Origin: Felis catus
Lineage: Eukaryota
Direction of reading: 5' to 3'
Length of the DNA: 64,000 nucleotides
Assembly (NCBI RefSeq): GCF_018350175.1
Contig: NC_058383.1
Span: forward strand, 23,004,001 to 23,068,000
Of this stretch, positions 37,201 through 49,200 are shown piece by piece. The notes under the pieces are model-generated. The model was not told the DNA's origin and did not search any database. It saw only the letters and a program-made list of their open reading frames with translations. Position 1 is the stretch's first letter. Every line of letters starts with the position of its first letter. The translations under genes were made by a program, and so were the position numbers.

Positions 37201-40200
37201 GAACCCATGAACCATGAGATCATGACCTGAGCTGAAGTCAGACACTCAACCAACTGAGCCATCCAGGCACTCCTGTAGTTTCTTAGATATTTAGATGAAT
37301 TTTCTAGTTTTTCTGTTTTGACTTAAAAAAAATTAAGATATAATTAGTTTTATTAAATAATTCATGAATCAAGCAGCATCCCATCCAGCAAGTAGAGGGG
37401 GTTCCAAGATATCTGTTTCGACTTTTAACTGTTGAAGATTATTACACTCCCATATGATGATGGCCTTTTGGGTAAATTGGGACTAGATGTATGCTTTTTT
37501 TTTTTTTTTTTTTTTTTTACTGTATTGTTAGCCAAAATTTCCCCCTTCCTCTAAAAAACAAAAACAAAAAACCCACAAACTTTTTAAAAGGCTTTATTTT
37601 ATTGTGGCTGGCAAGAATCTTAGAAATATGTTGGATAATGACAGACCAAAAAGAAGATACTCCTGAGTTACTTAAATTACTTGATTAGATACATAAACAC
37701 ATTTTGGCAACCTGAGCTGACTTTAACGTTGGAGTTGGCTAGGCTTGGCCACTTGGGGTGTGCTGGAAAGGATGGACTGGATCGGAATTTATCGCCACCA
37801 GCAGAACAGCTTGAGCATTTTAAGGTGAAAGCACTCCCCTTTACACTTTTTGATGAGAGACAGATGTAGTTCTCCAGAGCCAGATTGTTGTCTCTCTATT
37901 GTTTGCTTTCTCTAGCATCCTGGGACACTCAGGCAGGACATAGTTCTTCACATGCTGCAACTTGATCTTCTGACATAGTCCAAATTCCTCCTTACCCCTC
38001 AAATAATAACATTTCAATTAGATAAGCTCCATTTTTATTTCTGGGTCATATTTCAGTCATAGGAAAAATGCAAATTACAACAAAACAAACACCGATTAAC
38101 AAGGATTTATTTAAAAGCAAATAAACTCCCAGAAGCCTCAGGCTTGGTACAGCTGTAGTTCAGTTTCTAACATATGTTTTATGTCTGCATTGAGAAATGA
38201 CATACCGAATGACCAAGCCCTGTATGATCCTGAGTCATATAAGGAAAAAAATCATTTATTGAAGGATTATGGACAAAAATGCCTTAAGGCTGTTTTAATT
38301 AGAGGAGGTTGAAGAACGGTGTAACTTTGGACAAGTTATTTCACTTTTTCTGAGCCCAAGTTTTTTTGTCTATAAATAATGGTAATAATACTTAACAAAA
38401 TAGGGAATTTTGGGGGATTCATTTTATAAGAAATAACACCTATAAATAATTAGTCTAACGCCTGATACTTTATAGGCACTCAATTATTAACTGCCATTAC
38501 TATTACTGTTTGTTTCATGTATTGTATTTGCTAGATATTGGGGAAATAATATTGAATAAGACCTTCTTGATCACTGTCTAGTGGTGGAGGCAGATGGATT
38601 ATATGTTCTGGTGATACAAATACAGCATAGTGTAATAAGTGATATAATATAGTTATGACAAGAGCCTCCTGTAAATTTTAGTGCCTTTGGAAGTGAAACT
38701 TCAAGGCTTTTCCACTGTGACCATGTTCTTTCTGTCTTGGCTTCACATAGAAATAGAATTTAAAAAAAAAAATCACACTTCAAAAAAATTAGCAATGATC
38801 AGGTCCCACTGTAGATAATTAAATCAGTGTCTCTGGGCTGCTCCCAGTTCGTTGTTTTGTTGTTGTTGTTTTTTTAATTTCCCTTGATGATTCTAATGTG
38901 CAGCCAGGGGTCAAGAGCCAGTGCTTTTCTTTCTCTTTGACATTTTCCAGGCTTCTATAGGATAATTCCTTTCTTTTTTCTTGACTTTTGCAGCTTAAAT
39001 AATAGAAGCTGTGTAGAGTTTAAGAGTTTAATGCTTTTATAAAACTTTTTTATGAAATGCTTTTATAGAGTTTGTAAAATAAATCTCATTAAAGCTTCAC
39101 AGTAATTCTTTTAGAAAAGTATTCTCACCCCCATTTTACAGAAAAGTTAGCTGAGGCTCAGAGAAACCACACATGAAGTAAAAGGTGGTGGAAAGAGGAC
39201 TTGAACCCAGGTATTCAGAATCTAGTCTTTCTGTTTCTGTTGCATTTCTAGTGGAAACTTCCAGCCGCTGTTTATACACTTGGGGGGTTTCTCTTGCTGC
39301 TGTATTTTCTACCTTAGTATAGTGTCAGGATCTGTTGTGACACGTTTGCTCATTGTTCATCTGAATGAACCACTTGGGGTTCCATTTGTTTTTCTCCCTA
39401 TCATCCCATCTCTAATACTCTTGACCCTACTTCCACCTTACTTGTAATTTTTTGAAATGCAGTAACCATTTCTTAACATTCTTATTATAGCGTTTTTTTT
39501 TTTTTTTAAAGAGAAGATATATACCCTTTTCTAGTCTCTTTTTCAGCAATGAGTCTCTGCCACCAAGTCTTTATGGTACATGTGAGTCTGTTTAATATCC
39601 AAATCTAATCTTTTAACAGTGCAGATATCTCTTGCTGTCCAAATCTGTTTAGTTCCTGAGTCTGAATCATGAGAACTTGTACACAAGGAACAGCTATACT
39701 TAAGTCACCCTTGTTAGGCCCTTCTGTCTGGAACGATGAAGGAGCTCTGTACCCGAAATAACTCCCTTTCCCCTGTGGTCAAACATGGACACACAAACAG
39801 GCTGTGTGTGGCATTCTCTACTATTCTCATTGAGTTGTCTTTCCATCTTGGATGGAAGCTCCTTTCCTGTTGTTTCTTTTCTTTTTTGTCTCTGTCCTCT
39901 CCCACCCAGCTCCCCGCTCCATCCTACCAAGGAAGGAGAGTAAGGGAATGCATTTGAGGAATGGGAGTGGAGGGCATTCGAGTCATAGGGAAAGTATGTG
40001 TGAAAGTCTGGAGGCTTTACAGTCTCTTTCAGGGGTCTGTTGTTGCCATGGCTGGCTAATACTGGCTAATACCGAGGGCCTCTCGGCCTAACTTGGTTAT
40101 GTGAAAAGACTTCCCCACCAGAGGTGAAGATAAGGAGCAAAGAATGGATTCAGGACACAGGGAACTCTGAGCATGGCTGCATTCTGTACCCTGGTATGGA

Positions 40201-43200
40201 ACTCTGTTGTATGGGCACTCTCTATGACTGTTTTTCATGGGTCATGTCTGGTTTTGCAGTATTCATCCATTTGCACCAATTTCATCCCTTATGTTTTGGT
40301 TAATTATTCTTCATCAACTTAGTAGTTGTCCATAAAGTCAGATTCAAAAGATGGAACTTTTCTCAAGACAAGTGTTATTCTGTTCTTTCCAGCACAGTCC
40401 AGAAACCAAATTTCACTTTCAGATGCCATCTCTGAACTCATCTGTTCACATCTCATCTTTCTCTTAACATGTAAGTACTGTTGTCCTCCCAAGTTCTTCT
40501 GCTTCTTATCCAGAATCACTGGAAATAAATTCTCCTTTTCTTCTGGCATAGAATCATGGAACGTGGGTGATAATTTGGTTTGGTGAGTTTTGGCAAGCTA
40601 CCTTTCCCCGAAAGGGTAAACCCAGCTCCTGATCAAATCAATACCACCATGTCCCTTCCCCATGCTTTGTTGTCTTCTTCCTGGGATCAGATAAAGTGTG
40701 TCTTGAACCAGTTTCTGTCTTCTCCCTGGAGCCCAGGACTCTGCTGCTTCTGTACTAGGGCTCTACAGAAAGAAAGAAAGAAAGAACCTCATGTCTGATT
40801 TTACCGTTCCAGGTAGAGAGATTTAATTCTTTTTCTTTCCTGGGCCATGCTTCCAGCTCCTTTTTTTTTTTTTCTTTGTAAGGGGGAAAAAAGCTCTCTT
40901 AAGGTTTTATTAAAACCTTAAGGTTTTATTTGAAGGGTAAAGAGAAATTTTATGAAACTTGAAAGCTCTACAAATTTGTTTAACCTTTATTGTTTAGCAA
41001 CTGGAAGTTAAGGATCACCCTAACTGAAAGGAAAATTGGAGTGGTCAAATTTATTCATAGTAGGATGTATAGGATTTAAACCAATAGGTTAGTTAATGTT
41101 TTTCCAAATAAATGCCATACCCCTATTCTATAAAGTAGACATAAATATGCAAGGTTGATTTTAAGAAGGCTCATATTTGGGGCACCTGGCTGACTCAGTC
41201 CATGGAGCATGCAACTCTTGATTTCAGGAGGCCCACGTTGGGTGTAGAGATTACTTAAAAATAAAAATTAAAAAAAAAAAAGGCTCATATTTATTTTTCA
41301 TAGAAGTGACAAATTTAAATTCTCAGATTGTAGCAATGTTCCTATTTATAGATGACCTATTCCAGCGATAATGAACTTTTTTTAAAACTGCAAAAACACA
41401 AAAGGATTGATTTTAGGACGTAAATAAAAATAAACTAAGGTTTAATTATGCAAAAAATCATAAAAGGCAAACCAAAGCAATGTCAGATGAGACCCAAAGC
41501 AAAAATCAAATCGCTTGTTGGGACTCTGGGGGAAGAGCTTAGGTGAAGATTTGGGACACCAGGGGTGTCATCGATGGCCAACTCCACTGCTTCGCTTTAT
41601 AAATCAGGAATCAGTGGTTCTGTGACAAGCAGTGGTTTGTGGCGGAGCCAGAGATCCAGCCCAGGTTTCTTGATTCCCACTATTTTTCCTTTTTTTTAAA
41701 AAAATTTTTTAATGTTTATTTATTTTTGAGAGAGAGACAGAGCACAAGCGGGTGAGGGGCAGAGAGAGAGGGAGACACAGAATCCAAAGCAGGTTCTGGC
41801 TCTGATTGTCAGCACAGATCCAGATGCGGGGCTCAAACTCACAAACTTTGAGATTGTGACCTGAGCCAAAGTCGGATGCTTAACCTACTGAGTATAGGAT
41901 TGCCCCCAGGTGCCCCTCCACTATTTTTCCTTCTTGGCTCCCACTTTTTTTTTTTTCTGTAACACACACTAAAGGATGGTTATTAGATTATTCTGTTTTG
42001 TTTTGTCTTGGTAGGAAGTAAAATAAATAGTCCCTTGGGTCTCTGCAGTGGGAATAAGTCACCATTGTGAAGGAGGCAAAGGGGCAGAATAAGGATCCTT
42101 TGGGTTAGTGTATGTGTTCAGCGAGGTTCCCTGTAAAACAGTCTGTGATGTAGGGATTTAGGGTGAGGTTGACCCAGAGTAGTTTTTGCCCTAGTTACAG
42201 TGGTTGTGGAAGTCCTGTTGCCTGTGGAGTCGTGCCCAACAAAAATCTTGTTGAGCAGCCTCCGTACGGCACCTTATACACCGCGATTGACAGTTAAGCG
42301 CCAGATGAGCTGAAGTGATAGCGGCAGGAATCATAAATCAGTCTTAACTGTACATCATCCCCGCTCCGAAATGTGATGGACACTGTGCATGAGGTGTCTG
42401 CTGTGACACAAGTGAAGAGCCTGATTTCAGTTCATTTGTTTCTTAGGATCGTGCATATGCTGAGAAATCCCTCACCCCCACTGGAGGTAAATACGGGAGA
42501 GGGTTCCCGGGCCAGACACTTGCTATGCTTCAAGCAGTTTGTGTGCCCAGCAACATGCCGTGACATTTGTCATTAACCTTGCCACACCTGAGACTTCCTC
42601 TTGGCAGTTGTCCTTTGCTTCTTCCAAAAAGGAACAACACAGAACAAACAGAAACAAAGGTTCCCTGCTTTCCTGTCTATAACTTCTGAATCCGTAACCA
42701 TCCTTACCTCCTCCCCTTCTGTGTCTCCCACCTCCTGTTAAAGGCGCTTCTCTACTTCTTTTCTCAATCCCACCTTCGCCTCTCACTGGAGAATCCTCTT
42801 TCTGCTGTGTCTCCCTTCTGTTAGCTCCTTCTCTCGGTGCGTAAGTCCCTCTGCCCTGTAAGCCCCACAACGGGCAGAGCATCTTTCCTCTTCCCTTTTA
42901 TAACCGAGCCTCTTGCATATGAAGGGTGGTCTTCTTGCAGTCATTCAGTTTCCTTACCTTTTCTCCCCTCCCACCCTCTCTGGTCGGTATTCTGCATCAC
43001 TGAAATTGCAGTCAGCCTCTTAACTTGCCCTTCCCAGGGACCACGTCAGTGCCCTGCTTGGCTTGCCTGCGGTAGTTTACATCACTGCCTCCGTCTCTGG
43101 TTCTCCTGGCCACTCTTATCTTCCTTGGCTTCTGTATTGTGACTTGTCCCTTCTGTGCTAGCATTCTTCAAGATCCTAGTTGCCTCCTTTTCTGCTTTTG

Positions 43201-46200
43201 TTTCCTCCATGTTCATACGGAAGGTGAGTGCCTCTCCGATTTAACTTGGCAGCTCAGTTCTCTTTCCTGAGCACCAGACTTCACCTCACTGGCGATCATT
43301 TAGGTACCTCAGATTCACCATATATGAAGCTCTGCTGTCCCCCATCTCTTCCTCTGTTCCTGATCTCATTGTCTACCTAGACTAGAAACTAAAAACCTTG
43401 GTGTTGTCCATCATTTCTTCTTTGTATCCCTTAATAATAGTATCACCAGTCACTTGTTTCTCTTCCATCCTGAGTTGGCCACACCATCAACAGTGCTGCT
43501 GGTGCTAATGTCTTTTGTTTGTTAGCTTGTTTGTTTTTGGCCTGTTTTTCTTTACTGTGAAATCCTCTCTTCTATAGCTCACATTCTCCCACTGTACACA
43601 CCAGTGGCTCCAGCTTTGGTTCTCCTAAATGAGTGCATAAGGCCATAAGCCAGACTATTTCAAGATGAGGTAAGGTGTCAGGTATAAAATGCTATGGGAA
43701 GATTGAGGAAGGTGAAGACCAAGAAAGGAAATACTGAGTTTGACGATTCAGGTGGCATCTGACCATGGGGGAAGCGTTGTAGTATAGTAAAGACTCCCCA
43801 CACCCATTTCTCCTTTTGTGTACCTTTTTCCGAGATAGCATTCAAGTGGCATCTTTCTAGTCACTGAAACCTTGTTTATTGTCAGGGTTCTTCCTCTCCT
43901 TTGCTGCCTTTGGCCAGTTAGTAAATTTTGCCAATTGACACCTCAGTATTCCCTCTCATTCATGTCCCTTTAATTTTTTCCTCCTTTAGTTTGAATCTTT
44001 GTAAATCATCATTTTGTTACCATTCACATCTAATTGATCATCAGGGTGTGATGGTTCTTCCTCATTATCAAGTTGTAAGTCTGTCCCTTGTTTTCTTTTC
44101 TTTTTTAAAATAGTTTATTTTTTTTTATTTTTTTTTCAACGTTTATTTATTTTTTGGGACAGAGAGAGACAGAGCATGAACGGGGGAGGGGCAGAGAGAG
44201 AGGGAGACACAGAATCAGAAACTGGCTCCAGGCTCTGAGCCATCAGCCCAGAGCCTGACGCGGGGCTCGAACTCATGGAGCGCGAGATCGTGAGATCGTG
44301 ACCTGGCTGAAGTTGGACGCTTAACCGACTGCGCCACCCAGGCGCCCCAAAAATAGTTTATTTTTAAGTAATTTCCACACCCAGTGTGGGACTCAAACCC
44401 ACAACCCCGAGATCGAGATCAAGGGTTGCACTCTCCACCAACTGAGCCAACCAGGCACCGCCCCCCACCCCGCCCATAATCATCTTAATTGGAAAATGCG
44501 GTAGACAGTTTCAGTTCTTTGTCCTACTCTATCACTCTTAACGCTGTTGATCACTCTCTCCTTCATAACCCTTTTCTCTTGACTCTTGTGACTATTCTCC
44601 TGATTTTCTTGCCATATCTTTGGTGGCCTTCTCTTGGTCTCCTTTGAGGGCCCCCAAATATAATGTCCTCTGGATTATTCTGTCTTCTGGCTTGATCTCT
44701 CATGACTATGTCTGGGCAGTCTCAGCTGTACTCATGATTTCAACTACCACCCATCTGTTGACTTCCAAATTTTTGTCCTTAGCACACACTCTTCCACCAG
44801 GCCCCAGATCTGTAGTTTTCAGTTGTTTACCAGGTACTTCTACTTGGAGGTTCCACAGAACTTTAAATGCAGTCCTCTTCCCCAGACTTCTTTTTCATTT
44901 TATCCTGATGAAGTGTACCATCGGTTGCCCATATTCAGAGAAGACACCTTGGTGACATTAATGCCTCCTTTCTCACTCTCCCCATTCATTAGGTCACAAA
45001 TCCTATGGAGTCTACTGCCTAAATTCCTAAATCTCTCAAGTCTGCCTTCACATTTCTGTTCTCACTGCCTTAGCTTGGACCCTCATTATTTCTTGCCTCA
45101 TCAGCTCATTTGTCTTCTAACTGCCCTCCCTTTGTGCGGTTGTGTCCCCTTCTTCCACCATACTTCCAAATCCCATACTCAGAGCTGAAAGTTGAGTGCT
45201 TATTACCTCACACACAAAATATCGTGCATGCATTCTCACTAACCATCACACTAAACCATTATTCTTCCTTTTACTTTGGAAGAGAGTAGATCCAGGCTTC
45301 ACAAATACAAGTGATACAAGTGGCGGGGCAGAGGTTTGAACCCAGGTTCTTTGCTCCAGAGCCATGATCTTAATTAACCAGTTCACCGAGAACCTTTCAC
45401 CAGCCCCCATGCCCCCACCCCCGCCTCTTTCCATATTCTAGTGGAAGCAAGTCACTACTCAAGGTAGGAGGTTAAGGTCCAACTCCTGGAGGGGGAAGTA
45501 CTGACATTAATTATTTGGAATTCTATAAAGAAGATTTATCTAGTCCCCTTATTTATTCACTCAGTCATTTATATTTTGTAGATGTGTTTATTTTATCCTT
45601 TGGTTTATGATTCAATGCTCTGTTACTTATTTAACCAGTTCTTGTTTTAAAAGTTCAAGTTATTATCAATTTTTTGCTATTATAAAGCCTGACAAATAAA
45701 TATTTTCTTAGAAGTCTTGGCATGCTGTTTTCATGGTTTCCTTTAGATCTATTTCTCAAAGTAGGATTGTTGGGTAGGTGCATTTAAGTTTTCTGTACAT
45801 GTTTCTAGGGGTGGGGTTTTTACATTAAGCATCTGTTTTTATATTGCTGTCTTTCTAGGAAGTACTCTGTAACACCCTTGAGATCTTGCATCCTTCTTTG
45901 GGATTATAAATAGTTCATCTTTAAAGCCATGAATTCACGACTATTCATGCTGATTTATTTACCTGTGTAGAGTATTGTGTCAAAGAACGCACTGCAGTAT
46001 CGGGGAAATTCCCAGCATGATGCCCAGGAGTTTCTGCTGTGGCTTTTGGACCGAGTTCATGAGGACCTCAATCATGCTGTGAAGCAGAGCGGCCAGCCTC
46101 CTCTGAAGGTGAGGGTGCGCACCCTGCTGGGGCAGCCAGGGAGCAGTGAGCAGGGTAACCTCCACTGAGGAGTTGTTGCAGTTTGCATTTAGTTAATGTA

Positions 46201-49200
46201 GTGAAATAGACTAAGCTCCCGGTGAGTATAAAATTCAGGGATACTTAGAGGATTTTCCCCACATTTATTGCTGTGCTGGCAACATAAGATACGAGAGATG
46301 CCGTCTCTAAGGAACTTAGAGTCTAATGAGAGGGGACATAATTGCATGTATGACTAGCTTTAGACTACAGCCAAGTGATTCCAGTTCACTAAGCTGTTTT
46401 TAAAGCAGAAATTTGCTTTCTTTTCCAATGACACACATACCCTTATAGATCACTGAGATGAATACATAGGTGAAAAGGAAATGGATGGATGTCTTTGCTG
46501 TTTCGGTTGGGTTTGGGTGTAGAAACTGAACCTCTAGAATTACATTCTTATTAAGACACAGTGATACATTCTCAATTTTTATGATGCAGCCTTAATATGA
46601 TGGAAAACTGATTTATATACTAGAAATAATTAAGACCAAAGAGTTGCTTTTCTCTTGCCACCTTTAAAGTTTTTGTTAATTCTGCTCTGTGCCTCAAAAT
46701 TTCAGTCTGTGGTTCTGGTAAGGCGTCAAGATATTCTGATTCGGGGTCCTTCTGTGCCTGCACACTCTGTACTAACATATGACCATGTGCTTGTGGCTGG
46801 CTCTCCCACCAGATTGAGACATACTCAAGGTCAGGCACTGTGTCTTATTTATCTTTGTGTCCTAATGGCCTTGCAGGGCTCTCTGCACGTGGCACCAGGT
46901 GTTCAGTGACTCTTTGTCAGGTGGATGGACGTGAAAAGGCTAACTAAGTATATGCAGTAGAGGGACTGGGCACCAAAGCGAGTGGTGCGGTCGGCAGGGG
47001 CTGTAGCTTGAGGGCACAGTGGTTGGGGTTATTTCCTGCAAGAGGCTGCAGGGAGACCTTGAGAGTTGGAGATTGAAGCACCCTGCAAAAGGACTGCCCA
47101 GCTGCTGGGTGGGGCGGAGAGACCGGCACAGGCACGGTGTGTGGGAGAGCCCGTGGGGAGAGGAGTCCTTGTGACCCCCGTCCTGGCAGCTGCGTTCCAG
47201 TGCCTTTAGCACATGCTTTTCACTGGCACCTCTGCACAGCTTGTAAAGGAAGTGAAGGCCATTTGTGACTATTTCAGGTTCACCTTCAATCAAGAGTTGG
47301 TACTTCTAATCTGTGAAATTGTACTTTCCCTTTTTTTAGCCACCATCAGGGACTGATATGATGCCCGAGGGACCATCTTTTCCTGTCTGTAGCACTTTTG
47401 TACAAGAACTTTTTCAAGCCCAGTACAGGTATGAGCATATCAAATTGTCTCTTATATGGTCTGCTCAACATAGCTGTAGATGCTCTTACTGTGTGTGTCT
47501 TTCATTTTTGTTTTTGAAGATCTTCTTTGACATGTCCTCATTGTCAGAAGCAGAGCAACACTTTTGACCCTTTCCTCTGCATTTCTTTGCCAATTCCTCT
47601 ACCCCACACAAGGTAAGAAGAAGAGATTTAATAAAATTAAGACTGTTCATTCCTGTCCAGCTCCTGTTAGGTGTTCTTACTTATTTAGAAAAAAAACGGG
47701 ATTAGTGATAAATTGAATACAGGCATTGTTAAAACCCTACAGAAATTTATAAATCTCTGTCTGAGTTTACAGGGTGAACAGGTACATGGGGCCAACAAGT
47801 CGTTTCAGTCCCTGTGGTTGTAGTCTGTTCAGTTGCTCATCCGTTGATAGTGTAGGGGAGGAGGAGAGTTGTTGAGTGCCTTCTAGATTTTCTAGAGACT
47901 TTCTATTGCACTTTTAATTAGTTGCTTTATTTGAACAGTTTTTCATAATTTCTGGGAATTATGCAGTTGTGAAGAACATACAAAGCACAGGATCAAGTGT
48001 TGATATATTTTGTTCAACTGCCTTTTCCAAAGATGTGTTGATTATTGTTTTCTGGTCCTACTGAAGTCCAAATGAGATTTTTTCCTTTTCAGTTCTGTGT
48101 TTGTTTCTTCATTTTGCTTCTATATTTAAGTTGAAATAAGTGACTAATAAGAAGATCTGGCTTTGATCTGTACAGGCCTCTCTATGTTACCGTAGTGTAT
48201 CAGGGGAAGTGTTCTCACTGCATGAGGATTGGTGTTGCCGTGCCTCTGTCTGGGACTGTCGCCAGGCTTCGGGAAGCAGTGTCTATGGAAACAAAGATCC
48301 CTACTGATCAGGTAATAAGTGTGCTAAGGCCGATTACACATAAGTCATAAAAGTGTTGCTTTCTGTTCTCCTGGAATTTTTTAACAATCCTCTGCCAAGC
48401 ATGGTTAGATAGAAATGTAAAACCAGTTGTGTGTGTGTGTTGAGGGGAAAAAAAAATTAAGACCCAAAGGAGGAAAATGTACATCAAAACTTTTTGTGCT
48501 TCATTTAATCGTACATATATTTTTAGAAGGAAAGTTGTGACCTTACACCAGGACCTTCTTTTAGCTTTGTTTATAAAGTATAATTATACAGTCTCTCTTA
48601 AACCATTCTTAGGGAAGCTTCTGCAGGCAATAGGAAGAGCATTGCTGTGGTTGTTGAAGGTCAGAGAGGCTTAGAAAACTTGACTGGTGGTTCTTGAAAA
48701 CCCCTTTCCATTGTGGTGGCAAGAGTGGATATCTTCTTGCTGGTATAGTACATATCGATGTTCAGTACGGTTCACTTTCTGCTTAAAGCTGGGCCAGTGT
48801 CTCGTCCTTTGTTTAGATGAGAGAAAGGAACATTGTGCTCCCTCTGCCTTCTTTTTTTGGGTAAATTTTTGAATATTTAAATTGACCCCAGATACTTTGG
48901 CCTGTTTGTGACTTGACATTTTTGCATACAGTTTTTACTCAATTCACTATTATGACTTTATTTGGAAAAACATTTCCTATTTTAGATTTACTAAGAAAGA
49001 TGATTCTGTGGTAGAATAACTTCTCCCTAGATAGCTTCTGGAAGCTGCTGTGTAATCACTTGATTGCTAAAGGTATTTTGTACTTTGGCCTCTTGTGGCT
49101 TCATTTGGGAAGTTACCACAGTAAAACAAATACAACCAGCAGTGGGGCCCTAATGTAGTAAGTATCTCATATTTTCATAGGCCAAGTACTGGCATGTTGA

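Noticed and set aside
47429..47519. Short 91-nt intron 3 as a U12 or in-frame retained intron
   Set aside because: Donor gtatga lacks the U12 GTATCCT consensus; retention shifts frame and stops at 47565-47567; no positive evidence
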